A stretch of 41,889 bases of DNA from an uncultured Eubacteriales bacterium (lineage in GTDB: Bacteria; Bacillota_I; Bacilli_A; RF39; UBA660). Position numbers and translations under genes: made by a program. The notes beneath the pieces are model-generated. The model worked only from the letters and a program-made list of their open reading frames with translations. It did no database searches and was not told the DNA's origin. This document shows, in pieces, positions 39,072 to 41,889 of this stretch; within the stretch, counting starts at the first letter, position 1, and each line of letters begins with the position of its first letter. Location of the stretch: assembly GCA_905372515.1 (NCBI GenBank), contig CAJPPJ010000002.1, positions 1 to 41,889 of the forward strand. Reading direction: 5' to 3'.

Positions 39072-40151
39072 ATGTCTAAAGAATTAAAAACTTTTAAAGA
39101 AAGAGAAGAATATTTAATAAAAAAATGAAAAGAAGAGGGATTTATTACATATGAAGAAATAGCTAAGACTTTAAAAGGTTTAGATGTAGATTCTGATAAT
39201 TTAGATGAACTATATAATAAGTTAATTGCTGATAATATAGAAGTTATTTCGGAAGAAGAAAGTGTAGATGCAACAGAAGCAGAATTATTTACTGAAGATT
39301 TAGAAAATAGTAAAGATGTAAAAATAAATGATTCAGTAAAAATGTATTTAAAAGAAATAGGTAAAATTAAACTTTTATCTGCAGATGAAGAATTTGAATA
39401 TGCTAAAAGAGCAGTAGAAGGTGATGAAGAAGCTAAGAAAAAACTTAGTGAATCTAACTTAAGATTAGTTGTATCTATTGCTAAAAGATATTTAGGTAGA
39501 GGTTTAAGATTTTTAGACCTTATACAAGAAGGTAACATTGGATTAATGAAAGCAGTAGATAAGTTTGATCCAGATAAAGGGTTTAAATTTTCTACATATG
39601 CTACGTGGTGGATTAGACAGGCTATTACTAGAGCTATAGCAGATCAAGCAAGAACTATAAGAATACCAGTTCATATGGTTGAAACTATGAATAAATTAAA
39701 AAGAGAAGAAAGGCAATTACAACAAGAATTAAATAGAGAACCAACTGATGAAGAACTTGCTGAAAGAATGGGAATGCCAGTAGATAAAATAAGAGAAGTG
39801 CATAAGATAGGACAAGATCCAGTATCGCTTGAAACACCTATTGGTGAAGAAAATGATTCACATTTAGGAGACTTTATTAAAGATGAAAGCTCTATGTCTC
39901 CAGAAAAATATGCTATTAGTGAAATGTTGAAGAGTGAACTAAATGATGTATTAAAAACTCTTACTGAAAGAGAAGAAAAAGTATTAAGACTTAGATTTGG
40001 AATTGATGATGGTCAAAGCTTAACATTAGAAGAAGTAGGTAAGATATTTGGTGTTACTAGAGAAAGAATTAGACAAATAGAATCTAAAGCTTTAAGAAAA
40101 TTAAAACATCCATCTCGTAGTAAAAAATTAAAAGATTTCTTAATAAATTAA
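39072..40151 (+). CDS. rpoD: RNA polymerase primary sigma factor (SigA/RpoD) with one in-frame TGA at 39126-39128
   Basis: Regions 1.2 to 4.2 are unmistakable ([77 protein letters not shown]). The frame continues upstream through a TGA to ATG 39072 ([29 protein letters not shown]), and that stretch aligns to region 1.1. Confidence 0.85.
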
Positions 40152-40179
40152 TAACAAGTATATACTTGTTATTTTTTTG
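40151..40179 (+). terminator. rho-independent terminator after rpoD
   Basis: ATAACAAGTA-TA-TACTTGTTAT palindrome followed by T7. Confidence 0.7.
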
Positions 40180-40213
40180 TTATGGTATATCCTATAGATA
40201 GGAGGCGATTAAA

Positions 40214-40660
40214 ATTAAAAAAACATTAATAATCTATGAATCTGTTCATCACAAAAATACCAAAAAAGTTATAGATTATATTTCAGAACAATTACCAGTT
40301 AAAACTTTTAGATTAAGTTGTAAAGAAAAAATAGATTTAAAAGAGTTTGATTTATTAATTATAGCTTCTGGAATTTATTATAGTAGACTTCATAAATCTA
40401 TATTTGAATGGTTAAAGAACGAAAATATTAAAAATAAAGAAATAGGAATATTTTATACATGTGGATTTAAATATATGAATTATTCTAAATATTTGCAAAA
40501 CTATATCATTTCAAGTGGTGGAAAATATATCGGGACTTGTTGGTGTAGAGGATATGATAGTTATGGCCTTTTATCAAAAATTGGTGGAATTGCAAAGAAT
40601 CATCCCAATGATAAAGATATGATAAAAATTAAAAATCAAATTATGAAGTGGATGTTATAA
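40214..40660 (+). CDS. flavodoxin-like fold protein, apparent ATT start
   Basis: The frame is open from 40202. Translation (I)KKTLIIYESVHHKNTKKVIDYI...DLLIIASGIYYS...IGIFYTCG is a flavodoxin-like beta1/loop pattern. There is no ATG, GTG or TTG before 40475. GGAGG at 40201-40205 lies 8 nt upstream of ATT 40214. Confidence 0.6.
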   Translation: MKKTLIIYESVHHKNTKKVIDYISEQLPVKTFRLSCKEKIDLKEFDLLIIASGIYYSRLHKSIFEWLKNENIKNKEIGIFYTCGFKYMNYSKYLQNYIISSGGKYIGTCWCRGYDSYGLLSKIGGIAKNHPNDKDMIKIKNQIMKWML

Positions 40661-40816
40661 AAAATTGGTATATAGCAAATTTTTTTGTAGTAAAAACTTA
40701 ATTGAGTATATATAATAACTTTAATGTTTCAAATTCCTAATACTTTATTATATATATTAAATTTATTCTTAACAAATTTAATATTAATAAATGTTTATAT
40801 TTTTAGGAGGAAAAAT

Positions 40817-41167
40817 ATGAGGAATTTAATAAAAATATTTTTAAGTGTTACTATAGTTACAAATTTAATTATATTTAGTGATAAAGTAAATGCTTTAGAA
40901 GTTATATCAAAAGAAATTTTTGAATATACTATAGAACAAACTGCTCCAGAAGATTTAGATTTATCTTTTAAAAATGGAACAATTTATAGTGATAAATATT
41001 TAAAAGAAATAGAAGAGTTTAATGAAAGACATAAAAAATCAAATGATGAAAATAATAATTATCAAATTAATAAAAAAGAAATTTATTATGGTATTACTGA
41101 TATAAATCAGCTATATTACACAGTATCAATGATTTTTTATTTAACTACAATAAAAATAAATATATAG
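40817..41167 (+). CDS. small secreted hypothetical protein (116 aa)
   Basis: RBS AGGAGG lies 6 nt upstream of ATG 40817. Signal peptide MRNLIKIFLSVTIVTNLIIFSDKVNA. The track start at 40724 lies in a promoter-like AT-rich region. Confidence 0.55.
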   Translation: MRNLIKIFLSVTIVTNLIIFSDKVNALEVISKEIFEYTIEQTAPEDLDLSFKNGTIYSDKYLKEIEEFNERHKKSNDENNNYQINKKEIYYGITDINQLYYTVSMIFYLTTIKINI

Positions 41168-41216
41168 TTATTCTTTATTTTCTTGTAAAAAATTAATTTA
41201 ATTATATAATAAACTT

Positions 41217-41816
41217 ATGTTGTCAAAGAGATTAAGATTTATAGCAGATAAAGTTAAAGAAAACTCTAATGTTTTAGATGTAGCATGTGATCATGGATTG
41301 CTTGCTATTTATTTAGAAAAAGAAAAAAATTGTAATGTAATAGGAACTGATATAAAAAATAGTGCAATAGAAGGAGCATTAAGAAATAAAAAAAAATATA
41401 ATGCCAATGTAAAATTTTTTGTTGCTGATGGACTAAGTAAATTAACAAGTGATATTAATACAGTTATAATAGCAGGACTTGGTAGTCAAACAGTAATTGA
41501 AATATTAGATACTGATTTAAAGAATGTTAATACTTTAATTGTTTCAGTTCAAAAAGATTTAGAAGATTTTAGAAGATTTATCCATATTAAAGGATTTAAA
41601 ATAAAAGAATCTTTAGTTTTTGATAAAAGATATTACAATGTATTTTATTTAACTAAAGGAATAGAAAAATATTCTAACATTGAATATAAATATGGAAAAG
41701 ATTTAATAGATAATAAAGAAAATATAAATTATTTTAAAGAGTTACAAAAAAGATATGAAAATAAAAATGATGAAGAATTAGAATTTATAATTAAGAAGTT
41801 AAGTCATAAAGATTAA
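41217..41816 (+). CDS. trmK: tRNA (adenine22-N1)-methyltransferase TrmK (YqfN family)
   Basis: LSKRLRFIADKV...VLDVACDHGLLAIYL...GTDI...ADGL is the TrmK/DUF633 signature. It lies downstream of dnaG-sigA, a neighbourhood also seen in B. subtilis. Confidence 0.8.
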   Translation: MLSKRLRFIADKVKENSNVLDVACDHGLLAIYLEKEKNCNVIGTDIKNSAIEGALRNKKKYNANVKFFVADGLSKLTSDINTVIIAGLGSQTVIEILDTDLKNVNTLIVSVQKDLEDFRRFIHIKGFKIKESLVFDKRYYNVFYLTKGIEKYSNIEYKYGKDLIDNKENINYFKELQKRYENKNDEELEFIIKKLSHKD

Positions 41817-41840
41817 TAAAAACATTAATCTTTATTTTCT
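41808..41840 (+). terminator. rho-independent terminator after trmK
   Basis: AAAGATTAAT-AAAAAC-ATTAATCTTT 10-bp stem followed by ATTTTCTT. Confidence 0.6.
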
Positions 41841-41889
41841 TATTATAAAAAAATGATATAATAGTATCTTAATTATTTGAAAGTGACAA

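Noticed and set aside
39126-39128. The TGA in rpoD as a selenocysteine codon.
   Set aside because: I can fold no convincing SECIS-like hairpin in the roughly 50 nt downstream. The aligned residue in homologues is a structural Gly, not a redox Cys. No selenoprotein role for sigma-70 is known.
39053-39538. 161-aa minus-strand ORF overlapping the dnaG end and the rpoD N-terminus.
   Set aside because: It is antisense to sigma-factor regions 1.1-2, which are clearly coding on the + strand. The product is S/L-rich and low complexity. It appears mainly because the TGA split left the + strand ORF unannotated here.
1-41889. Genome-wide use of genetic code 4 or 25 (Mycoplasma-like or Gracilibacteria-like).
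   Set aside because: Long conserved genes (polC 1643 aa, dnaE, mutS, infB, tkt) are uninterrupted under the standard code. Every Trp I inspected is TGG (for example WWIRQ in rpoD). Two genes seem to stop at TGA. One TGA is not enough to support a global reassignment, so it is kept only as a hypothesis to test under the rpoD finding.

Overview
This is a very AT-rich window (roughly 25-30% G+C by eye, not computed). It is tightly packed, and all recognised genes but one (rpmB) lie on the + strand. The gene content points to a low-GC monoderm bacterium (Bacillota-like). It has both PolC and DnaE, a sortase-type sorting signal, rimP-nusA-ylxR-infB-rbfA, and dnaG-sigA followed shortly by trmK, a neighbourhood also seen in Bacillus.

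Core genes recognised, in order: a Cof-type HAD hydrolase (5' partial), tkt, ftsA, ftsZ, mutS, rimP, nusA, ylxR, infB, rbfA, rpmB (minus strand, missed by the ORF track), dnaE, polC, dnaG, rpoD/sigA and trmK. Between them sit lineage-specific genes: Big_2 and LRR/internalin-like surface proteins, a WG-repeat protein, several unknowns, a processive GT2 synthase, and a pilin-like plus VirB6/TrbL-like membrane pair. I found no rRNA, tRNA, CRISPR array, transposase or integrase.

Observations most worth follow-up:
1. polC encodes two tandem, apparently intact proofreading exonuclease domains (1643 aa).
2. rpoD has a single in-frame TGA exactly at a conserved Gly of region 1.1.
3. An orphan VirB2-like/VirB6-like gene pair follows rbfA, with no secretion ATPase nearby.
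4. mutS is translationally coupled to an unknown 445-aa gene where mutL is normally found.
5. Two genes are frameshifted at homopolymers (T7 in a surface protein, GG in the GT2 synthase).
6. A flavodoxin-like gene can only be full length if it starts at ATT.

All calls rest on motif recognition by eye. No database search was run.
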